Assembly: GCF_000150275.1 (NCBI RefSeq)
Contig: NW_002060945.1
Coordinates: forward strand, 8,014,011-8,078,010
DNA from: Trichoplax adhaerens
Lineage: Eukaryota; Animalia; Placozoa
DNA: 64,000 nucleotides
Direction: 5' to 3'
The notes under the pieces were generated by a model. The model saw only the letters and a program-made list of their open reading frames with translations, did no database searches and was not told where the DNA came from. This document shows, in pieces, positions 17,695 to 30,500 of this stretch (its first letter is position 1; each line of letters starts with the position of its first letter). Position numbers and translations under genes: made by a program.

Positions 17695-20600
17695 TTACAA
17701 TATGGATGTAAAAGACTCAAGTGAGCCAATAACGTCATCCTTTTTGCCTAAACTACCGTCACTGAGGCCCTTGTCAAAGTATGCACCATCATTTTTCAGT
17801 TTCAGGATGTCCGTAAATGATAATTCTCGAGGAAAGAAGGCAATGTCATCTATAATTCATTAGGTAGTTATTGTAATAGTAAAAATTTAAACCGTGATTA
17901 ATAGCAGTACAATATCTAAGTGTATTATTAAATGATTTGCAATCAATATGAAGTAAATTAGTTAGAATTATGAAATGACCACATACCAATCCAGAAATCG
18001 ATATATTGATCTTCAGGTAACGTTGGTGAAAGGCCAACTGTTAAGCTTGGATTTATGTCTGGGATATTGGTACTAAATATGGAACAAGGTATGGCTGGGG
18101 CTAGGCTATCTTTAAATCCGTTGACGTAAATATCAATATCTTGAGTTATTACGAGTTGATGACAGACAATAGTAAAAGAAATTTAGAAAGGTCAACATTG
18201 CAATGAAAAGATTTACTAGCGCTCTAAAGTATCAAAGAAAATTAATCCAAATTACGTAAGCTAAACCCTGTCTAAATTGTATTCTTGTTGCCATGCATCA
18301 ACAGCTAGAATGATTTTTTTCTACTCACGTATTGCTAGAATACTTTAGGCAAATGTTTCAATAATAACTTACCATTGCCCAAATAGCCGCTATTGGGTTC
18401 ATAAATTACAACAATATGGTTCCAATCGTTCTGAACGGTATCAAAAGAACTGCCAATAATGCATTTCGATTTCCTTTGCATTGTCACACTTAGTAAACGA
18501 TATCCACTTGGATCTTTGTTAATTACGATCTCGATGCCGCGATCTTTAGCAAAGGGACCAGTTTGAGGTTCATAACTTGATAATAAACGAATTGACATAT
18601 CGTTTGCTGAACTCTTATCTTTATACCACATTCCAAACGTAAATCCATCATGGCATTTTTCGGGATCAACAAGACATTGATCAGGAAACGAACCTAGAGC
18701 GTAGAACGTTAGAAAATAGATAATACCTGTTAATTCTTATACTGTATAACCAGATTCTCTTCCCTTGCGATACTATGGTTATTGTTCTGATATTAAAATA
18801 TTCATCAGAGTACTTGGATCGTTGTTTAATATCATTTCAAAATAGGATCGTATTGACACAGAATATTATTTCTCTAATTAAATATTAGATAATTTTTGAT
18901 ATGAAATGTATTTCATATTCTATTCTTAATAACCTAAGTTTGCATAAGCTTTAGTGCCTCTTATTCGCAAAGCATTAAGGAATTTGCCATTATCAAGACC
19001 AACAAGAAAGTTAGGTGGTAGAGGAGAAGTTGGATTAGACGGCGTAATAGAGGTAGATCCGACGACATTTTTGTCAAACATGTCGATTTCGTCCATTGGC
19101 CAATAATACGGGGTTTTATCTAATTAAAATAACATTATAAAATTTGTGAATTATTTTAAATTGAAGGTGCATAATCCATCACAAAAATCTCAGTAATGAT
19201 TGCTGGGTTATGCCGACGATTGATCTTTTATTTTTCATGAGAAAATTGAGTTAAAACTAGAAATAATACGTATTAATTAGATATTCTATAGTCTTGTCGC
19301 AATATTACGTTTACGCATGTTTTATATAGAATACTCTTCCATAATAATTATCCTGTGGTATACAGATATTAGATACACAAAAAAGAATTCGCAGAGACTA
19401 TGTACTTTTCTAAGATTCTTCTATAAAGTAATTTAAATCGTTTACAATAAAATAATACGATAGACAAGATATTATCAGAGTTGATTATCTTACGCATGGC
19501 AATAATTAAAAATTGATGCTTACCATAGCAGCCGTACATTTGATTGATAGTAACATAATCGAAGTAACTCATGCCCAAACGCTGTCCAATTAATGCAGTA
19601 CCTATAATAGGAGTTATAACGTCTGTTCCATCTGTACTGAAATCAGTCCTTCCGTAATGCATCACGGAATTGTAATCGTATTCCACTGCAAAATCATCAT
19701 TATGAGGATTGGCATATGTATTGAAATTATGTTGATATTCTATAATAGTTGAAACATTATAGCAATTTGTTAAACATCAGAAAAGTTCTTTAATAAACTG
19801 TTTTCTTACAAAACAATGTTTGCAATTCTACTAAAAGAAATAACTCTTATTTTTTAGAAACCATACATGTAAATATGCAAATAAGTAAAGGTTACAATAT
19901 AGGAAATTACAAAACGATTTATTCCATTACCACATAAAAATAGTAAATCAAAATTTCTACCGAAAATAATTCTGTATGAGTGATGAAAGGCAGGTAATAG
20001 TAAAAATTGGAATTATTTACAGCAATATTAAAGTACTCATGTTGGTATAAGCCTAGTGATACAATATAAATTTAATTTATGTCAGTGAATATATTTTGTG
20101 TTCAAGCTATACCTGGAGCAACTTTCGATAAGTCAATGTTAATGTAATTATCTCTGTCTAATCTTGATTGGGTATGATGTAAGCCTAATACATGGCCAAG
20201 TTCATGGGCAATAATGCCCTCCGTGTTTGTACAAGAACCAGATTCTAGTGAAACGATGTGCATGGCTGCGTGCTTGCCAACAGGCGCTGAACAGCTAATA
20301 GAATTATAAATTCGTACCAAAATCGATTAGTGTCTTAATCTGTATAATGCATAATGAATTAGTAATTTGCTTGCTAATTAATAGCATAAAGATGTCTACA
20401 AGTAATCTGTAACCTGTTGGTTTAGATAGCGTTAAATTGATGAGAACTATCTTACCCCAAACCAGATAAAATATGAACATAGTCGACTTCGGTGGTACGT
20501 TGAACGAACTTTATGCAAGTTTCATCTTCAATATCCTCCATAACCTTTTCTATTTTAGACCTATGTTTCGCAGCTATAGATAAAAGAGAAGTAAGTATTA

Positions 20601-23600
20601 GCTTAAGAGTAAAATGATGTAGCTAATTGTGCTATCCATTTTCTCTGAGTAGAGTTTAAGATAGATTTCACTCTATACTATTAACGTTAGAGCAGAAGCA
20701 AGGAATTGAGTATTATACAATATTAGCAAAATATAGGTACTGTAGATATTCGTTTAGCGTTACTGTGGACAACACCAAGTAGTTAACATGACCATAATAC
20801 GAGCAGAATTAGTACCGTAATAGAACTACTTAACCAATGATAATTGGTAATATAATATAACTATAGCTATATGGTGGAAATCTTTTCGGGTAATTAATTA
20901 ATTAAATAATTAACTATTTGCTTATAAAAGTTACTTATATTATCGAGGTCTTAAATGATGTTGCTAACAATCTTTTATTGCAGCGATTACGTCGACCATT
21001 GATAATTACAGATATAACAAGGATAGCAATACTAAATATATAATTTTCCGATATTAAAATTACTATATTGTACCTTTAAATTTGAAACTAAAAATTTAAA
21101 TTTTATTACCTACCACATAAAAATATGATTATGAATATTCTACAACAGAAACGAAATAGATATATTTTTACTATAGGGTTTTGTAATCGTACATTGACAA
21201 TATCACAAATGTAAAATATTTATATCCCAGCTGAAGTTTTATGGAAAAATAATTTGAGGGTAGATGGTCTGAGGGCAGATGGCATATATGCATATTATAT
21301 TTTATTAAATTAATTATATACACTTTTAATTGGGTATGAGTTAAATTAGTTTAACTTCGATCTATATCAACATTTTAAGCTTATTCTACTAAGTACCGTG
21401 CATAAACCTCGAAATGTAATATTCGGAGGATTAGTTTAATAAGTGACATAATTAAATAATCGACTAACTGATCTGTAACTCATACGCATATCGCGCTAAA
21501 TACAGTATTCAATTCAGGTGATAATGCGCTACCTTATGAAAGATAAAAAACGAAATATATGGTAGAGTAGCCTAAGTAGATCAATGCTGCACTTGCTACT
21601 TATAGCCATCTGTATTCATTTTCGATAACAATAAATAACTTTTTTTGCAGTTATCAAAAATTTCAATTAATATCAAACATACATCTACAAAAGTATCTGA
21701 AAATTGAAGTAGTAAACATAAATATAAAATAGAATGGTAGTTAATAATTAAACAAACAAGACCATCAGGCGATTGATTAATTCTGTTATAACTATCATTA
21801 CAATAGCCTTGTTTTTACTACTTTCTAGCAGTTTAATTTCTTCACAATATACTAATTCAATTCCCGTATCAAAACTGCAGAAAAATTATTTAAAACTTAC
21901 GGTAGTTCTGATCGAAGACGTAGGGTACCCTAGCACCACTCCAGATATTGCTACCAATTCCAGATTGTGCTTGAGATGTTGTCCGCTCGTTAGTAGTGCT
22001 ACTGAAACCATTCTTTAGGTTACTTTTAACGCTTTCTGCTGATACTTCAGTATCAGCTTCAATCACTGTATCTGGTACAATAATATCACCTTCCCATAAG
22101 TTACGAGTTAAATTTAAAGCTGTAAGAGAAAAGAGATAAGTACAGCTTTCAGTTTGAATCAAGGCAGATTCATCAATCAATAAAGTTAAAATTAATAAAT
22201 CTTTATTTGAACTTATCCTTAATTATAGCATTTTCTCTTTTTCTTTTAATAACATGGTAATGTTTAGCTTACAGTGCTACATATATATGTAAGGTGATGA
22301 TGTACGATCAATAATTAATTAAACTCACTCATTTTGTATTGCCACAATAGCATAAGACAGCAAAGACAATTATGCTTATCCTATAAGGTTAAGAGCGATT
22401 TGAGCTTTAATCTATAAACCGCTTAGCGACTACAGTATGTTGTTTTAAAAATTATTAACTTCATTCTGAATTCTGATATTGATATCTTCTTATCCGAGTA
22501 TAATACTTGACTTGGGCATATTAAGAAAAAAATTGTAGCAATGCAGGGCAACTTAATTAATTCACATACGATTGCCTTATAATCCAAAATAAAGATGACT
22601 TCCACATTGGCTATAAGCCGCTTTGGGTTTCAATTTTAGCTGTTTGTATTTAGCCATGATATACGTAAATAAGAGTGTAGATAGAGTTTAGCCGAATTTA
22701 AAACACTATTTTATTTAAAGTTTATAAAATGGATTAATACTTAAGTACTAATAAAGGAGTCGATAATTTAGGGTAAAACTAAAGGTTACTTGTTACTTGC
22801 AAGTAAAGAGTAGACAAAAAACTTAGAATACGATATTCACAAACTTCGGAAGTGATGAAAAAAATGATGGGAGAGGTAAAATTTGATAGCTCAAATACAA
22901 TTTCATTTGTCAGATCAATCTATTCCGAAAATCTTACATAGCTTTCTAATAGTTATTTACCAGTATTTAATGCGAACTCTCATGACGCTACATCGTAGCA
23001 CTGAACATAAAATTCTTCGTTAACGGAAATAGTTTCTTTGAATATAGGTCAAGTATGCCTAATTATAATACTGATAATGATATTGCTACATTAGCGCTTA
23101 TTTAATTACGGTAGTTTATTGTTATTCCCACGTAGATCAATAAAAAATTTTATTGAAAATTTATTTTAACCGCATTTCCTACTAGAAAAAGTTATATTTT
23201 GACTTTCGATCGAGTTGTAAATCAAAATGGTCACAAAATATTACACTATTCGACAGTATAATAATAACTTGCAGCAAAATTCCGACAAGACTTGAAAAAA
23301 ATCGTAATTTGAGGTAAGACAACCAATAAAAGTTATATATAAAGTGTATTAGTTTAGCGATCTTTTTAGCTATCTTTTATAATAGCCCGATTATGTTACA
23401 ATAAGGATCATGAGTAAATTTATCATATTTCTGGCAATCTTATTCAATTTATTTTTAGATCTTTCTATCCCCAAGAAGCGTTAAATTCATGTAAAATTAT
23501 AGCTATCAGTAGGGTAATTTGGTATTATGTTGAGAAAAATATTGTGCTATCCTATTGCATCATCGTATTTCAACTACTAAATTTTAACTTTACTCGTTTT

Positions 23601-24835
23601 TATTACGGGATTAACTCGGTATTCCAATGCCCTTTAAGTAAGATGATTTTAAATGTACCAAATTAGCCTATATAAGTCAGCCGTTGATTTGAAACAAAGA
23701 GATCGAAGTGGTATTGTGTTAAACTCGCAGCTGTATCTCCAATAGACGCCAATATTTCAGAGAGCTGAGTACGAAAACGAAATATTCTATTTCAACAGTT
23801 CATTTCTGCATGTAGCTTCATATCATCAGTGTTTCTAACTATCAAAAATGAAATACTAAAGGGTGATACAGGAGAAGAGAGTATTATTTACAAACAATAT
23901 CATTATATTATGTATCGCTACTGTATCTTGTTTTATATTAGTCCTGTCATTATTTACTTTATCGGTTAGTTTTTTCTCTCACAATACTAATCAATTTTCT
24001 CACATTTTGAAATAAGGTATTTCTTAATATTATAACTCGTCATTTTCAATTATTAATTTACTTTTGATATTGCATGTCGTTGATGATGCCTTAATCATTT
24101 CATTTTTCGAAAAGAGATAAGTTCTCTATGCTATAAGCTAAGCTTTTGAACTTGTAAGGAATGAATGGAAACAACTCTCTTATTCAAGCGCTTCTATCAT
24201 TGTGAAGTAAATTAAGGTGAAATTTTGCATAGTATTAACAGATCATGTGTGCGGTTAATGATGGTCTTGAGATCGAAGCTACTATAGTAAATATATGTTT
24301 ATAATATTAAACTATCAATTTGAATTAAGAATAATAATTTGATCTTACCTTCGTTAACCTGAAGAATTAAACTGCTCGCCGATAAGCTGCTATTGGTATT
24401 TTTATCCTTGAGTTTCTTATTTTTTCGATTTTTTCGAGCTTGTTTTCGTAACATTCTTAACACCTGCTTGCGATATTTTTTATCCTGTTTCAATTGTCTT
24501 TGACGAAAAAACTTCAATCTATCTTCTTCATCCAACTTGAGTAATTTATCATTAAATTTTTTCTTATTATCATCCGTACTATAAAGTCTATTCAATTCTT
24601 TCAGAGACTTATTGCCTTTGCGTTTTTTTGAAAGCTTCTTTTGATCACGAGAAGTAATACTTGCAACACCTGCATTCTCACTGTCATCATCATCTCGTTC
24701 TGTAGCTCTTTTAAACAATTTATGGAGAGTTAATTTATCATCAAATTCATTTTCATCCGCTTGGACCATCAAGGCGATGTAGCAGATGGAAAATGTTAAG
24801 ACAAAGTAAAGAGAAATAGCACTGTGCAATTTCAT
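17695..24835 (-). CDS. Secreted astacin-family (M12A) zinc metalloprotease with C-terminal LamG/pentraxin-like domain (exons 24835-24349, 22119-21901, 20573-20456, 20294-20113, 19739-19524, 19119-18934, 18693-18373, 18139-17987, 17849-17695)
   Basis: Signal peptide MKLHSAISLYFVLTFSICYIALMVQA, propeptide WEGDI motif, VPYVFD, TCIKF, zinc motif HELGHVLGLHHTQSRLDRD and Met-turn YDYNSVMHY. Then LamG-like motifs YYWPMDE, CLVDPEKCHDGFTFGMW, WNHIVVIY, IYVNG and DDIAFFPRELSFTDI. Exon phases are consistent. Linkage of the first exon rests on phase and the signal peptide. Confidence 0.88.
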
Positions 24836-26689
24836 CGCTAGTCAGTGGTAATCTGCTGTTGAATCAGATCGATGAGAATAAAATTTTATTAGTGGAGATG
24901 ACTTTAATTTGGTCAGTTATCGACGATAACTTGGAGTTATAATGAAATTGATACGTCAATTGATTAATCCAATTGGAGTAAATACATCGACTAGGATTAA
25001 TATTTACCAGTAAAACTTAATTTCGGTTTCCAATAATTCTTTTCTACTTCTTAATTTACTGCCCCTTTGACTTGCTAACTGTTAATTCCTTTACCATACT
25101 ATGCGCCGATAGTTTAACACAGCAGATGTATGTGCAACGTAATTTTATAGGCGAACGCAAAGTAACCTATTCAATTATTCAATTAACTACGGTATTTGTT
25201 TGGCTAATTCAAAATAGGATTGTTTGTAGGTTTACCTTAATGGATATTTGTAACGTTGCATTAACGCATAATTAATAGAAAAATACATTAATATACATCC
25301 GTTGACAGGAAGGTCTATATGAAATAAGATTTAAAAATAAGTCAATGCAGTAGAAAGCTTTTCATTTTATTTCATTTATTATTAAACAAGCTATTCCTTG
25401 ACGTCAATGAATAAGAATGACTAAATAGAAAGACGTAGACCAACATTGTATAATCAACAACGAAAACTATATTCGTTACGACAAATGTCATAGAATCATT
25501 GTAGAATGGCCACTGTTTACTATTTGCTCTGGAAGTAAACGAGGAGACAATCTAACATGCAGTAGATCAGTTTATTGTTATCCAAACTCAGTCAGTGTAA
25601 CCTACGCAGGATAATTTATCAAGATTAAACGATGAAAGTTTTATGATTTCGATCATCATTGTTAAGTATAATAATCTCAAGGATAACCTATGGTAAGGTA
25701 GCAATAGAACACTAGTTTACACTGAACTACCTAATAACAACAACATAACTATCTCGATATGCAAATGAATAATAGAAAAGTATCTATAATAACAATATAA
25801 CAATCCAGCCAAGTGGTAAATGTAAAGACCTAAATAATTACCGATAATTTCATTTACAGGCAATATTTTCTAGTAATTGAGCCGCTAAAGAACTGGATAA
25901 CTTGCGATTATTACATCATTTAACAAGATTGAATAGTAGAAGGAATAATCCTATTTACTCTTTTAATACTGATTTATCCAGCATCCTGTAATTAAAATAT
26001 TCATTTTGCTTCATTAATTTTGTACAATTACGTTCAATTCGAGTTTCACAGAAATAGCACAGGATATAATGTAAAGAGATGGTTAATAGATACTTATCTG
26101 CTACCATAGAGTTAAAATTGATATCCTTTTTTTACGCATATATGGTAATTAATGACGTAGTATAGGATACAGTTTGCCTTTTCCTTTTGGAGAGGCTGAT
26201 GTATCCGAGTACTACATCTCCATACAACTAACCCAATTATTATTCCTTTTATCTAATAGTTTACAATTAGTTTATTACCCAACTTCTTTAGCCAAGTCAT
26301 TTTTAATTTAAATTATTGAAATAGATAAATCGATTGAAGTACAGCGCATTCAATTAATCTAATAGCGTGTGAAATTATTTAGATGTTAATATTGCTAATA
26401 TTGCAGGCACAATTACCTTTTATAACACCGTCCTCTAGCTCAGTGGTGTGTAGGTCTACAGTATAAGGATAAGAATCACTTTTTTAATCGACTAATAAAT
26501 GCTAATAAATAATTTGGATGTTATTTTATCTAATTTGAGCCTTACATCCAAGCCGAATTTTGAACAGTTATTAATTGTACCTTAAGTACCGTTATTGAGT
26601 TTCGCCAAGGCATTGCAAAAGAATCACTTATGGATGCGACGCCTGTTAGTGTAAATTTAGGATATTGTAATGATAATTTTTAATACTAT

Positions 26690-27590
26690 TATAGAAAGCT
26701 CGGTAAAGCATCTTTTTATCATAAATAATTTATTAGAGAAAAAGTATATGGATGGTAATACTTTCATGCGAATGATAATAGTAAAGTCTATCAATGAATA
26801 ATTTTTAAATACTATAATATAACTTTATGCAAAGACTTGTTATCCAGGTACTTATTTCGGTCAAGAATCTTGCTAATAATAACCTTTATAAGGTATTCGA
26901 TCTGAGTGGCCTATAAGTTCATGATCGATTCGAAACGAATATAACTTATTGATAGAGTAATGAGAATTCTATAGCTATCTTATTAATATTATTATTGACT
27001 TAATTATATTGGTATTTTTAAGCAGTAGTGATAGCGATAGAACGATTGCTAGAAGATACGTGCTTTAAAATTCTATTATTGAAACGGACGTGTTAGAGAG
27101 GTAATGGTAAAGGAATAAAACGGTAAATTGCAGGAGTAAAATTATAGCATTCCAATCATTGTTGAACTGACAAATTATTTCAATTGATGATCGCCGTTCA
27201 TATTAATGAGGTAACAATGCGATTGATCGTTAACATTAACAGTGCTATGGAATGTAATAAACAAAGATGATTTAGAATCCTATTTACTTATTAGTATAAA
27301 GAACGTGATAAAAGAAGTAATTTTTATGAAAGATGGTATTAAATGCGATGAGTAATAAATGATAGCCATTAATATTTAAGATGTTATTCTCTGTAAATAT
27401 GATCAAGATTCTTAAAGGGTACGAGGATCATCGGCTATAATAACAGGATAGGAATAACAATTGGAAGCCTTTATGACTATATAGTTCAATAGCAATGATA
27501 AACTGACTTCAAATATGAATGCAATAATTCAATACTTAACCATTTCTAGAGACATTATCGATACAGCTGTGCTATTCCTAGCTGATACTA
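26690..27590 (-). pseudogene. Possible decayed intronless rhodopsin-like GPCR
   Basis: Stop-interrupted fragments occur in GPCR order: NST sequon plus IIAFIFEVSLSLLLNYIVI (TM1-like), LHSIALLMLTINRIVT (TM3-like) and LPSIYFFSNKLF (TM7/helix-8-like). AT-rich DNA can mimic such fragments. Confidence 0.3.
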
Positions 27591-30500
27591 GTAACTCTAT
27601 ACATATTAAATATTAGCGCAGAATTATACTGGTGGATAATTAATTGTCTAGCCCAGATATCCTATTTCAATAATTTACTTTGAAGTCGGATTGTATTTGC
27701 GGTATTGTAATCGACGCTGTCAACGTTATGCACATATATAGAAGTTGAAAGTATTTAGAATTTGGTTATGGTCAATTACTATTGGAATGTTTATTATATA
27801 TTAATTACAGTTTATTCTTAATGGAGGAATACATACTAATCGGTTAATAAAGAATATCACTTTCTTATTAAATAATTAGAGGTTTTCCGATAGAGGATAC
27901 TACTAATAATTCCTGTTTGCATAGTATAAGAATTAAAAATTTTTAAATCAAGTACAAAACTTGAAATTTTATCTTCATAGTAAGTTCATCGAATTGATTT
28001 AATTTTTATGGTGATTAGTAATGTCAGTATCACGATTTTAGATCCATTCAGTAAAATATCTCAATCATTTACATTGAGTGATAAATTACTATAGGTATTA
28101 AATAAGATACATAGAAAGTTCATGATAACAATTGCAGCCAATTCTCTGAAAGTTATTAATTTAGCGAGAAAAATATTTCTAGATACATTTTGATCAATGA
28201 CTTACTTTTCCCGCGTGATAACAGTCGTTAACTAAATTTTGATACTTTGTCAGTCAGCCTTATACAATTAAAGCGACTCTGTACAAAACGCCTTCGTCTA
28301 ATTAGAATTAGGACCTGAAATGATAGAATATATAGTAATAACGATTTACTTCTCTCTGTTGGTTGTATTGTATCAAAGATTTCTAGAACGGAAAACAGAA
28401 ACTGAAATTCATAGATTTCTTATGTAATTCTAGTCAACGTAAATCTATAGTTATCGTTTTGGTTGATCAGTCATAGAAGTCCAAATCATTGAAATTTGTT
28501 ATTGCACGCCAATAATTTAGTATTCCACCGTGCGATAAAGGTGCAACTGCTTTACTAATTTATACGGTGTACGTAGATTGATAGGATAATTCTTTTATTC
28601 CTTTCATGTGAATACGGAAATATTTGCTATTATTTTAATCTTCAGGGATAAAAATGGCGGATAACTCTTTATTATTTTACAGAATAACATACTCTTAGTC
28701 CAGATACTCGTGCAAAATAGATGATTGCGAATAAGAGTGTAGGGCGGAGATAAATTAGGAATATAATTAAATATCAAAGTACTATATAAGGTCTATGTAG
28801 CTGGATATTCCGCTATTTGGGACGGTTCACGATAAATTGCTATCTTAGACAGTATTGAGTTATTTTCTGTTGTTGGGGTTTCCAAAGTTCAGCTCGGAGT
28901 TGCTGTTACTCTCGTAATAATTTTCCACTAGATATACTATCATACAATAACTATATGAAATACTGCAGTCATAACGTTAGAATCACAAAATCCGCCCTTT
29001 CTTCAATAGAAAGATCGAGGTCGGACTATATAACCGAAAATAATCATGCAACTATGAAACGTATGTAACTCTTAATAGTTGCAGGCACAGTATCTATGGT
29101 ACTGCATATTGAATATAACACTGTGCTACAAAATCGCATATATTGGCAGTAAAGCTTCTGGTAGTAGAATTATTAGCCATCATAAGTAGATAGATTTATA
29201 CTCGTATGATAGAATACATAAATTACTATCTATTTAAGGGAAAGTGTTCCATTAGTTATTCAAGTGTGATTTTACACGACTATGTTGTCATCAATAGATT
29301 AATCTAGACTATTTAAGTACTGTCGATGGGAGCTCGTATTCCATTCAAGCTCATGATATCTTACTTCAGATTCTTATTAAGAGTTAATTATTATTTTACT
29401 TTATTAAAACCGTGTAATAGAAAACTTTTTTAAATTCCATTTGGGCCGTTCACTTGATGAGAATTAGATCTCTTTAGATTAGACGAGTTGCATACTTTTA
29501 TTTCAAAGTTATAAAATATTCAATTTTATTAGTTCTCAAGCCAATACCAATTTGTTACTATATCATATCTATTTTAATTATTAATATCTCCTCAGTCGTT
29601 TAGATATCATAATTAATTAATTGCTTAATAATAAATCAACAATATAATATTTTTGATAAAAAAAGACCTGGATACAGTAATTGTTGAATGAAAATAGTAT
29701 TGACATATTGCATGACAGCAACATAATTGACATAGTTTATTACTCGAATATATAGGCAATGTATAATTTATCTTCCGGATTTATTTATGCAGTAGATTGC
29801 AAAATTAATTAGGTTACCAACATTTAGGATATTATATAACCTAAAAGCTAATTTTATTTTTAAAACCACATTCATGCGTTGATTTTGACCTTTTAAGACT
29901 TTTGGGTTTGTGCTAAGATGCAATAGCGTCTATATAGAACCATGTGATGAATTGAATTTATTACCTTGCTTTGTTGATTTAAAAACATTATATAATAAAT
30001 ATTTAAAAATATTGAGCGCTTTACTGAGCTAAATGGGATAAAATACAAAGCTTTTAGTGCTTTAATTCCGTAATATTATACTTTTAAAATAATTTCAATA
30101 TAATCGTCGATACAATTCTACTTCACGCGATTAAAATTTGAGTCATGATAAATCACTCAATCAATTAATTAATAATATCTGGTTAATTAATATAATATAT
30201 GCATTTAGTAAGTAACTGTTAAAAGCTATTATCCTAGTGAGTATTTGCTACGGCTACAATTGGAGTAGCTTGATATTCGTAGCTCACATGGCAAAGTTCA
30301 TTATTGTAATGCTTGCTGCGATAGTAAATGACTTACCATAACTGCTATTTAAGGTCGCTGTTATATTTTTGGCAGCGATTGTTATTATGCGTAGAATATA
30401 ATGAAAAGGTTAAATCTTAGTTCAGGTCAGTTAAATTAGGCAACAATCTTGCGTAAATTAGGATTACGTATGAGTAGTTGGTTAAAAATATTTACCGTAG

